The notes below the pieces were generated by a model. The model saw nothing but the letters and a program-made list of their open reading frames with translations. It made no database searches and had not been told where the DNA came from. Positions 41,207 to 49,646 of a stretch of 64,000 bases of DNA are shown one piece after another; within the stretch, counting starts at the first letter, position 1, and each line of letters begins with the position of its first letter. Source of the DNA: Bacillus thermozeamaize (GTDB lineage: Bacteria; Bacillota; Bacilli; ZCTH02-B2). A program made the position numbers and the translations under genes. The stretch lies in NCBI GenBank assembly GCA_002159075.1, contig LZRT01000060.1:3475-67474 (forward strand), read 5' to 3'.

Positions 41207-44200
41207 TTACGACTTCAAGCCGAATAACATTGCCTCCGCTTCTTTCCTCAGCGTATCCTCAGACATCTCCGCTGCCCAAACGGAAAGCAGGTCCAGAATC
41301 ACTTGTTCCTTTCCTTCCGCATGCTGTGCCAAATACGCACGTGCCACAGGCACATCTCCCTCACGATAACTCATAATCAGCCCGTGGAGGATGTCCCATT
41401 CCGTCTGTGGGTTTTCCAGCCGGCGTTTGTTGCGTTCTTCGGGTCTCGCTAAACGGAGTTTGGAATTTTTCCGCAGCAAGGGGGCGTGATAACCTGTCTC
41501 CTCTGCATGTTGATGCCGTGCTCGCCGGCCTTGATTTTCGTTGTTGATACCAATCATCCGTCCTTTGACGGTATACCCTGCTGGTTTTGCTTCCAAGCTG
41601 ATGTTGAGGGAGCGGGACAGACTCAAAGCTTCATCATAAGGAAATTCGGACAGACCGAAAATGCCGTACAGGGTCAGCGCGATTGCCGTTTCTGGATTGA
41701 GATCCTCTACCTTCAAGCGGTTGTTGGTAATCCGCGCAACCTGATATTCTGCAACTACAGCGCTGGCTTCTCGCATGGCGCGCATTGGAGTTACCAGTTC
41801 GTCGCCGTCCAGTACGGGCCAATTCTCAGAAAGGACTTGCAATGCACGGCCGTAACTTGCGACCATTTCATCGACCGGATTTAACTTGAGTGGTGCAAAC
41901 TCTTTTAGTCCTTCACGAACGGCTTCACGCACTTTCTGAGCGACGCCCGTGCCGCCAAATCCGGACCAGGTTGCGGGAACGTCGTTGGTTTCGAAACGCT
42001 TGCGACAGGAGAGGAAGATGGAACTAGCTGCAGCAGCCATGTTTTTTTGATGTGTTGATTCTGATGATTCCGATTCCACAGGTAGGGAGGTCGTGATCGT
42101 CCATCCGTTTTCTATTAACGAACGAGTCAATGCTTCCCAAGCTTCCTGTGTCTTGTGAGTAAACATGATTGTCATGATGCCATCATCTTTGAGAACACGG
42201 CGACATTCGGAGAAAATTTCACCCATCATTCGTTCATATTCTCGCGCCGCATTGGCTGAAGAACCATCGCGTGCCGGATTGGCCACAGCTTCATCCGTTT
42301 TGTTTGTCAGTCGTCGGCGGTAAACATCAGGATACAAATCCTGTAAAGTGCGCCGCTGCCAGACATAAAAGTAATCGGAGAGTTCTGCATACTGCACGTT
42401 GTTATAGTATGGGGGATCCATACAAATCAGGTCTACCGATTTTTCTGGCAAATCGGTATGAGCTGCTGTTCCGTGTAGGATGGTAACAGGCGGAGCCGAA
42501 CCGTTTAATTTTTCATGCAGCGGCTTTAATAGCTCGGCAATGCCGGAATAAGCGTCAAGCACTTGGGAAAGCGCCCATGCAGCTCCGGAGTTGGGGCCGG
42601 TAAAGATCATTTCGCCAAATGTCCATTTCAGCGAAAAATCATGTCTGCCAAATGTTCCTTTAACGATGCTACGAGTATATTCCCACCTTGTCTGCTTGCT
42701 GTTATAGTCAAGCCCTTTATCAATCATAAATTGCAAATACGTCACGACGGCACGTCCGCGTTCTTCGCCCAGTTCATTTAGGATCTGGGGTTTGATGCGG
42801 TTTAGTTCTTCCACAAGGATCAGGTGGCCCAAAAGTTGACGCGGTGTAAACATGTCACACCAGCGGTTCATTCCAAAACGAAGCGGCTCTGCTGTTTTAT
42901 GCCCTTGTGGAATACTTTCTGTAGGGATCAAGCCCATCTGTTCCCATTCCGGCCATTTCTCCTGCAAGCGCTTCTCAGCTTCAGCCAGTGCTTGCAAATC
43001 CCGTTCATTAGGCGGGCGGAAAAAGCGAACTTTTTCCGTTTTGACTTCGCCGGCTCTTTCCCCGCTTTTATATCGCTGGGGGTTTCCGTTTTTATCCAGC
43101 TTGGGTTGATAGCGAACAGCTACGACACAATACAATCGATCAGTCCAACGGCCATGGGGCGATTCTCCGCGTGCTTGAGCTTTGATCTCATCAGCAGGGA
43201 TTGCCTGGCGGCAATGGACACACATCCCAACGCCATTATTTACCGTTGCAAAGTTTGGGTCTTCACCATTTGGACCCCGATTCCCTTTGACGCGGTAGGT
43301 TTCAAAACGTACCGTGCCACCCTGGGAACGTCCGTCCGTTACAATGCGAACCCCCCATTTGTCACCTTCTTTTGACAGCCAGCAAGTGTTCAATAGCGGC
43401 GCCTCACCACCGCAGTGTGGGCAAGTGACTTGGCGACAATAAAGCAATCCAATTTGGTCATGTTCAGGACCAGAAAATTGAGGAATTAGTTCTGGACATT
43501 TAGTGCAATGTTTGTACAGGTAGTTTAGTTCTTGTTTAGGTAGCGGAGAGAACGGTGTAACATCTGCCATATTTTTCCCAACATGTGATACGAGATGTTC
43601 TCCCCATTTTTTGATATCGGTAATCAGTCCTTCTCCAAACTTCACGGGATAATCGAGTGTTGCATAAAGAATGACATTAGCTACAGGATTTAAATCATTT
43701 GCAATTACGCTATAACCAAGACGTAATGCTTCAAATGGTATTGAACCTCCGCCAGCTGTAGGGTCGTACACTTTAATATTTGGCGAATTAAAGAACGGTT
43801 GATGCATAAAAGCCCTTCCATAACCGTACAAATCCTCGGGATCCCATTTTATTTCAGAATCAAGTATCTTTTTTACTTGATCGGTTTTGGCGAATTCAAT
43901 CCGCTCATTTACATGGGCAGGATCGGCAGTGATGCGTTGAACAGGCAGGATTGACCCGATATCAGGTAAAGGTTCAGGAAATGGTTGAGATTCTTGCTCC
44001 CAACGTATAATTACCGGATGGTTTTTAAAAGACGGGTCAGTCGCACAAAGCTTTTGAATGATTTCCCTGTTTTTTGCCCGTCGTTCCTGCTCTTTTTTGA
44101 TCCATTGGAGAACAGTATGATCAACCCTGATCCATTCTTCATGTGCATCATTTGTCTCGATGCGATTCACAATTTGACCTGTTAGTGTCCAAGGTTGTCC

Positions 44201-44458
44201 ATTGACGATGGCCTGCACTTTTTCGATGCCAAGTTGCCGGAGAAACCACTCCGGATCAGTATATGCAGGCAAAAGAGAACCAAGTATGGCTGCCCGGCTA
44301 GGCGTCAGCGGGCGCCGTGCCCACCAAACATGTAAAAAGTAAAGAGGAGGGAGTGCAGAACTTGCACCCCGTTCCCGTTGCGTTTCGGCGCCGACCTGAT
44401 GGCACGGAAATCCTGCTTCGATCAGACGTCGATCTTTGCGTTGCATGTGGCTGGTCAT
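41207..44458 (-). CDS. DUF1156-family DNA methyltransferase (N6-A/N4-C type, Zn-ribbon insert)
   Basis: N-terminal DUF1156 signature LIEAGFP...LHVWWARRPL. SAM motif I YDPTAGGGSIPFEA. Zn-ribbon CPHC...CVHC. Catalytic motif IV CMDPPYY. Confidence 0.85.
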   Translation of the reverse strand: MTSHMQRKDRRLIEAGFPCHQVGAETQRERGASSALPPLYFLHVWWARRPLTPSRAAILGSLLPAYTDPEWFLRQLGIEKVQAIVNGQPWTLTGQIVNRIETNDAHEEWIRVDHTVLQWIKKEQERRAKNREIIQKLCATDPSFKNHPVIIRWEQESQPFPEPLPDIGSILPVQRITADPAHVNERIEFAKTDQVKKILDSEIKWDPEDLYGYGRAFMHQPFFNSPNIKVYDPTAGGGSIPFEALRLGYSVIANDLNPVANVILYATLDYPVKFGEGLITDIKKWGEHLVSHVGKNMADVTPFSPLPKQELNYLYKHCTKCPELIPQFSGPEHDQIGLLYCRQVTCPHCGGEAPLLNTCWLSKEGDKWGVRIVTDGRSQGGTVRFETYRVKGNRGPNGEDPNFATVNNGVGMCVHCRQAIPADEIKAQARGESPHGRWTDRLYCVVAVRYQPKLDKNGNPQRYKSGERAGEVKTEKVRFFRPPNERDLQALAEAEKRLQEKWPEWEQMGLIPTESIPQGHKTAEPLRFGMNRWCDMFTPRQLLGHLILVEELNRIKPQILNELGEERGRAVVTYLQFMIDKGLDYNSKQTRWEYTRSIVKGTFGRHDFSLKWTFGEMIFTGPNSGAAWALSQVLDAYSGIAELLKPLHEKLNGSAPPVTILHGTAAHTDLPEKSVDLICMDPPYYNNVQYAELSDYFYVWQRRTLQDLYPDVYRRRLTNKTDEAVANPARDGSSANAAREYERMMGEIFSECRRVLKDDGIMTIMFTHKTQEAWEALTRSLIENGWTITTSLPVESESSESTHQKNMAAAASSIFLSCRKRFETNDVPATWSGFGGTGVAQKVREAVREGLKEFAPLKLNPVDEMVASYGRALQVLSENWPVLDGDELVTPMRAMREASAVVAEYQVARITNNRLKVEDLNPETAIALTLYGIFGLSEFPYDEALSLSRSLNISLEAKPAGYTVKGRMIGINNENQGRRARHQHAEETGYHAPLLRKNSKLRLARPEERNKRRLENPQTEWDILHGLIMSYREGDVPVARAYLAQHAEGKEQVILDLLSVWAAEMSEDTLRKEAEAMLFGLKS

Positions 44459-44483
44459 GATCGTTTCCCCTTTGCATTACCCC

Positions 44484-45101
44484 TCAAAATGATTTCCGAA
44501 GTTTTTCAAGCATCGTTTGAATCGATTTGTCTCCGGGTTGTCCTCCCAACATAATGCGCATGCCAGCAAGTGCCCAGCGGCTTCCGGCTGCTCCGTATTG
44601 TGTACTTCTGGTCAACCAATAGTTGGCTTCTTCAGCTGTGAAGCGTGCCACACGCCAAGCGATGAGCTCGACACGATCCATGTCCAATAAGCGTTCAGAT
44701 AGTTTAAATATCAGGGACAGTTTGGGTCCGGTTGCATGGTCAAGCGGCAAGTTTCCTCGAAATGTGATCTGGCCATTGCCAAGAAAACGATGTAATTCTA
44801 ATGGGGTCCCATCTTCGTCGCATACACTGGATAAGATTTGGCGAATGACAGGCAAACAGCGGCGCAGGGGTTGTCCGTATAACAAACCCCTGTCGCGTGT
44901 TTTGCGATTAGTTGCAGATGGATTGGTTTGTCGGTGATTATCTTCCGGATAATACCGTTCCTTCACTATCAGGACTGGGCTTGGTTTATCCTTATGTTCA
45001 GTGATCCGCAGTATCCAGGGCGCTTTTTTTTCAAGCGACTGGATCCGTTCCAGATCCTCCATCTCAAAATGGAAGCCATGTTCTTTCGTATTTTTGGCCA
45101 T
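44484..45101 (-). CDS. Small conserved accessory protein of the DUF499/DUF1156 module (tentatively DUF3780-like)
   Basis: 205-aa ORF packed between the ATPase and the methyltransferase (gaps of 18 and 25 nt). The family assignment comes from memory of typical neighbourhoods, not from a motif. Confidence 0.45.
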   Translation of the reverse strand: MAKNTKEHGFHFEMEDLERIQSLEKKAPWILRITEHKDKPSPVLIVKERYYPEDNHRQTNPSATNRKTRDRGLLYGQPLRRCLPVIRQILSSVCDEDGTPLELHRFLGNGQITFRGNLPLDHATGPKLSLIFKLSERLLDMDRVELIAWRVARFTAEEANYWLTRSTQYGAAGSRWALAGMRIMLGGQPGDKSIQTMLEKLRKSF

Positions 45102-45119
45102 GGTTCTGTATGCTCCGAT

Positions 45120-48100
45120 CTACGTTTTTTTGAGTTCCTGGATAAATGGGCAATTTTCATCCGGTTGCTCCACATCAAGGAAGGCTGCTGTGTAATCTCC
45201 CCGGCTCACGATGCCATCCAGTATTTCGAACAGTTCACCTAATGCCTTCATCGATTCCGGTGTCGCATTTTCCAGTCTGAGGGTGAGTGTTCCTCCGCCT
45301 GGAAGTAGCAGATCGAGGAATTCCATCGTTTTGATTTGAGTCCGGGCTCCTCTATTATAGAGGCTGCCGATGCGGCGAAGAAGAGGGAGGAGCTTGTCCG
45401 CACCTTCTTTTCCGCTTAGATGGAATCCACCTGCTGATGCTTGCTGCCATCCCTTTTGTTTTGCTTGATCAGGAGTGAACAACAGATCGCTTTCGTAAGG
45501 TACGTAAAAAGACGCCTCAAATCCTTGGATGAATTCAGGTTGTTCTGGCGTATAGACATCATATCGGGAAGCCACCAGTTTTCCTTCTTTGACAAGATCG
45601 ATCACGGCCTCTTTTACTTCTTGGTCGGGGAACTGGCCGTATATACTCTGAACTTCGGTGATGACTTGGCCCAAGGTGCTTGTGCCCTTATCACTAATAA
45701 TGTCCAAAACCACTTGTTGAACTTGTTGAGGATCATTCTTTTGCCTTTCTAACCATCCGCGTTGGTTGACGCCCTGTACAGTAATGAGCATATATCCAGG
45801 GGCTGAAAGATCGACATTTAATGGGATTTCTTGGTCCTGATGATATAGCTCGGATGGCGTGCTTTCCCCTTCCGATAAGCGATAAACGCACCATACGCCA
45901 TTTTTGACCCCTGCTCGTATGATTTGTTCAAAAACGGCGGGTGACTCCAGAACAGGCCATTTTCGTACACAGTAGAAGTTGCGCCGCAGATTTTCTAAGG
46001 AAACCGTGTCTTCCAAGCTGAAAAACAGCTGGCGCAGATTGACCAGGTCCTCTTGTGTCGTGTGGCTGTGGGTGATCAGTTCCTTGTCTTGAACCAAAGA
46101 TTCCCGGATGAGCTGTATAAAAGTGGCGCCTCCTTCGCCACCAGCCGTTTTGATGTCTTTGCGCACAATAAATCCAGTGGTAGAGGGATAGTAAAGCCCG
46201 GTGTAAATGGCTGAAACGGCGGTTTGCAACGCCTGTTCACGTTCGCTCCGACGCTCCTTAAAGTCAGATTCCTGCAGGCGGCGCGGGCTGATTCCATAGT
46301 TTTCAGGTTTTTCCGCAAGCGTGCGCATGGCTAACACTTGCCTGGCGACAAGTTCGATTCGTTGACGCGCTTCCTCTGCCTTGGTGCGATGAAGATTGTC
46401 CATGTCCAATTGTTCAGATGTGTCTTTTACGACGACTGTGTCCGGAACCAGAAGAAAAATCAGGTTTTGCTGTTCCCGTGGCCGGTTTGGCCCTTTCGTG
46501 GTGATCATCGCCTCGACATCGATGATCTCTGCTGTGGGTGAGACCACGCCCAAGACTGGTCTGCCTTTTCCATCCGGAAGATGTTCTGGAAGAGTTACAT
46601 CATGTTCTATATGAAACAAATCGGAGTGATTGGAGATGATTTTGCGGGCGGTACCTTTAATCAACTCTTTTACTTGGTCGCGCTCCAGTGTTCTGCGGAT
46701 TCTGGCTAACACACTGTTAATTGTCGGCTCTTCGCTTGCAAAATATCTCCCTTGTTCATGCCGAAGGTAAAAGGCGCTTTCATTGATTTCCTCCAAAGCA
46801 ATGCGCACTTGAGGGGGTGTCAATCCGGGAAAAGAAACACTGAACAAGGCTTCTGATTCAGTAATCCCGAAGATTCTCGAGTTTAATCCTTCTTCCCGTC
46901 CTACCAGGCTGTGCAGGAAAACGGTTTTCCATGTGTATTCGTAGAGTGGATGGCCCTCCGGATGAGGGTTTCGTTGATCAGCCAGTTCTGCATTGCTGTG
47001 CCCGCCTTCTAAAGTACCGGTATCCACACCCCCTACATCTGCATTTAACACGTACAATAAATCTGAAGCGCCTGTCCGGCCGAGGATTTCATTGACCACC
47101 CGATCAGAACGCATGTCCAAGTGGCAAGTATGGATCATGGGTACAGGTTGCTGTTTTTGCCACAAACTACGCACGGCCATCGAAAGTACCCGCAGCACGC
47201 CACGGGTGCCTTGGAAATTTTCGGCGCTAGCCAATTTCTTGTTTAAAAAATCCACCAGTGACGGGTGGAAAGGGTAATTGGCAATCATGCGTTGACGCAG
47301 ATTTTCGCTGACTGCTTCCTCCGGCAACAAGTGCGCGTTGCGCCGATACATTTCCATATATTTTTCAGCGACGGATTGGGCCGCTTCCCGATCCACGGAT
47401 ATAAACAGGCGCTTTGCAAAGACGGATGAAATTTCCGCCGCTTGTACGGGGGTAATCTGAACAGCATCCCGCGCGACCACGCTGGATACACCTTGAACGG
47501 CCTGTTCTCCGATGCTCAATGCATCGTCTTCACTTACTTCTTCTCCGCGCACTTTGCTGATGAGTTGTGCCAATTGCTTGGTCTGTTTGGAAAAAGCATC
47601 TGTCGCACTGGCCAGTGTCAGGACTATGGCGATCCCTGGTTGATTCCGCGCATATCCATGAAGGGCCATCAAGAATGCGGCAAGTTGATCCGCTCCGTTG
47701 GAACGAGCTGCCTCGAGACGTGCCGCATATTGAGCAAGCTCATCCAACATGATAAGAACCTTTTTTCCTTTGAGTACTTTATCAAAATAGTGTTTGCCTG
47801 GCGCAGCGTAAGAGTTGGCATCTTCTTCAACCTCACGGTACAACGATTCTCCACCGATTTGAAAGGCGATTTCTCCCCACAAAGTATACGGCACGAGGTC
47901 TCCTCCCCGGGGTTTGTGAACCGGAATTTCATCTCCGGCTACACCCACGACACAAATCGAATTTGGTTCCGGAAGAAGGGATGGGTCCAGTATATCTTTG
48001 ACCACGTGCCGAAGTTGGGTGCCTTGAAATGCCAGGTGGGTACAAGCGATAAGTGTATGTGTTTTTCCACCACCAAAAGCGGTTTCGAGACGGTGGATTG

Positions 48101-48344
48101 CGGGTACTGTCATGTCGCCGTTTATTCTGCTGAAAATTTCAGTCAAAATTTGGCGGAGGCCTTGCGTTGGATAGGTTGCTTCCTGAAAGAATAGCTCTGC
48201 ATTGGTATAAATGCTGTCCACTGCCGTACGTCCACTTCGATAATACTCGATGATAGGGCTAAGCGAGGCAGTAAAAATTTCCGGATTGAACATTCCAGCT
48301 AAAAGCTCTGGCCGAGGTTGGCATGTTTCGAGTACAGAGCGCAC
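45120..48344 (-). CDS. DUF499-family P-loop ATPase (BrxC/PglY-like)
   Basis: Walker A ETAFGGGKTHT, Walker B VLIMLDELAQY, about 1075 aa. The likely start is GTG 48344 (GGAGGG RBS 9 nt upstream). The ORF track extends to ATG 48419, which lacks an RBS. Confidence 0.8.
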   Translation of the reverse strand: MRSVLETCQPRPELLAGMFNPEIFTASLSPIIEYYRSGRTAVDSIYTNAELFFQEATYPTQGLRQILTEIFSRINGDMTVPAIHRLETAFGGGKTHTLIACTHLAFQGTQLRHVVKDILDPSLLPEPNSICVVGVAGDEIPVHKPRGGDLVPYTLWGEIAFQIGGESLYREVEEDANSYAAPGKHYFDKVLKGKKVLIMLDELAQYAARLEAARSNGADQLAAFLMALHGYARNQPGIAIVLTLASATDAFSKQTKQLAQLISKVRGEEVSEDDALSIGEQAVQGVSSVVARDAVQITPVQAAEISSVFAKRLFISVDREAAQSVAEKYMEMYRRNAHLLPEEAVSENLRQRMIANYPFHPSLVDFLNKKLASAENFQGTRGVLRVLSMAVRSLWQKQQPVPMIHTCHLDMRSDRVVNEILGRTGASDLLYVLNADVGGVDTGTLEGGHSNAELADQRNPHPEGHPLYEYTWKTVFLHSLVGREEGLNSRIFGITESEALFSVSFPGLTPPQVRIALEEINESAFYLRHEQGRYFASEEPTINSVLARIRRTLERDQVKELIKGTARKIISNHSDLFHIEHDVTLPEHLPDGKGRPVLGVVSPTAEIIDVEAMITTKGPNRPREQQNLIFLLVPDTVVVKDTSEQLDMDNLHRTKAEEARQRIELVARQVLAMRTLAEKPENYGISPRRLQESDFKERRSEREQALQTAVSAIYTGLYYPSTTGFIVRKDIKTAGGEGGATFIQLIRESLVQDKELITHSHTTQEDLVNLRQLFFSLEDTVSLENLRRNFYCVRKWPVLESPAVFEQIIRAGVKNGVWCVYRLSEGESTPSELYHQDQEIPLNVDLSAPGYMLITVQGVNQRGWLERQKNDPQQVQQVVLDIISDKGTSTLGQVITEVQSIYGQFPDQEVKEAVIDLVKEGKLVASRYDVYTPEQPEFIQGFEASFYVPYESDLLFTPDQAKQKGWQQASAGGFHLSGKEGADKLLPLLRRIGSLYNRGARTQIKTMEFLDLLLPGGGTLTLRLENATPESMKALGELFEILDGIVSRGDYTAAFLDVEQPDENCPFIQELKKT

Positions 48345-48434
48345 CTTGGATTTCCCTCCGTCGATGATGATCTTCTCATTGTTTTCGACATGAAAAAACA
48401 AAATCCTGCACCTCATCATAGAAGGGATATTTTT

Positions 48435-48471
48435 GTTCTAAGAACATTCATTCGGTGACAAACTTTTGTCA
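48435..48471. promoter_or_regulatory. Two palindromes in the divergent control region between the two defence operons
   Basis: GTTCT-A-AGAAC at 48435-48445 and TGACAAA-CT-TTTGTCA at 48456-48471. Both are perfect inverted repeats and candidate operators. Confidence 0.35.
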
Positions 48472-48524
48472 GAAAGTATTGGTATAACAGCAATAGATTA
48501 ACTTTTACATATTGAGGTGAGTGG

Positions 48525-49646
48525 ATGACGGAAACAAATATGGACTTAGGGCATATGGGTTTAGACCGGCAAATTGACAAGATGTTCTTGCTTCTGGCCA
48601 TTGGCGCGAGGAAATGGCAGGCGGACATAACGCGGGTGCCTGCGGAATTGCATGAAGGGCATTTACGGTTGATTCGGTTCGCCGTCCAGCATCGCGTGCC
48701 TTATCCGGCCGATTTGCACGAGCTGCTTCAATGGCTGCATCGTCCCATAGCAGAATGGCCGCTTCCGCACGTGGCCGAGCGTTTTCCGGCGGATGAGCCG
48801 GTGCTCGTGGATTATGCGGGGTTATCTATCTTTTATGAAGAATGGTTGGAGGAAAACGTTTCTGTGGAAGAGTCGGAACAGAAAGTGATGCGCGAAATAT
48901 TGAGCTATTGCCGGGAGGCCACGCCACCTCTGGAGCAGGCGTATCGAGCGATCCGCACTTTTTTGATTGAACATCCTGTGATTGAATTTATCAAGTTGAG
49001 AGCATTTCTTTTGTCGTTTGACAAGGAATTGCAAGAAAAAGTGCGGGATTGTTACGAAGAGATCAACCTGCCTTATCCCCGAATTTATTTGTGCCCTTAT
49101 TGTGGGTGGACGTTGACAAACCGTGACGGCGAATGGGAATGCACGCGCTGGGTATGCAAGCGCAACAGCGATTTCACACACTTTAATGTGCTGGATACTT
49201 CCGGTCATCAGAAGTACTATCGGCTCACCAAAGGCATTCAAAAATATGTCCAAAACCCGGGGCTTGCCGAGCTGGCACTGGCGCGGAAGCTCGAAGAACG
49301 GGGATGGGATGTGGAACTGTATCCGGACGTGGACCGCGTGGATCTGCGCATCACAAAAGATCAGATGCGAAAAGAGATCGATGTGAAGGATTACAGCCAC
49401 CCGAAGTTGCTGGCCGACTATCTTCTCGCCAAGATGGAGCAGGAAAATTGGGATAAGGATGTCATCTATGTCGTTCCGCAATATCAGGAGCGTTTTCATC
49501 CCGATTATGCGAAACGAGTTTTGCAATATCTCAGGCAGTCCCGGGAGAGATCCCCGCTGAGCGATTCCGCTTTTGAGGCTGCTGTCCAAGAAGTGCAAGT
49601 GATGGCGGAACGAGAATTTTTCATCCGTCTGGGGGAGGAATCATGA
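48525..49646 (+). CDS. Restriction-endonuclease-fold protein with Zn-ribbon (pPIWI-RE-associated REase)
   Basis: CPYCGW...ECTRWVC Zn-ribbon. PD-(D/E)xK-like PDVDRVDLRI...EIDVKDY near the C-terminus. First gene of a coupled three-gene operon (ATGA overlap with gene 2). Confidence 0.7.
   Translation: MTETNMDLGHMGLDRQIDKMFLLLAIGARKWQADITRVPAELHEGHLRLIRFAVQHRVPYPADLHELLQWLHRPIAEWPLPHVAERFPADEPVLVDYAGLSIFYEEWLEENVSVEESEQKVMREILSYCREATPPLEQAYRAIRTFLIEHPVIEFIKLRAFLLSFDKELQEKVRDCYEEINLPYPRIYLCPYCGWTLTNRDGEWECTRWVCKRNSDFTHFNVLDTSGHQKYYRLTKGIQKYVQNPGLAELALARKLEERGWDVELYPDVDRVDLRITKDQMRKEIDVKDYSHPKLLADYLLAKMEQENWDKDVIYVVPQYQERFHPDYAKRVLQYLRQSRERSPLSDSAFEAAVQEVQVMAEREFFIRLGEES

Noticed and set aside
37257-48419. 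Classification of the helicase/methylase/ATPase module as DISARM or canonical BREX
   Set aside because: DISARM requires DrmA/DrmB (DUF1998), which are absent. BREX requires PglZ (alkaline-phosphatase fold) and usually BrxA/BrxB, and none is present in the window. Only the BrxC-like DUF499 ATPase and a methylase are shared.
48822-49598. 258-aa ORF antisense to the REase-like gene
   Set aside because: It has no RBS or motifs. The sense frame is translationally coupled to the helicase gene and carries Zn-ribbon and PD-(D/E)xK motifs.
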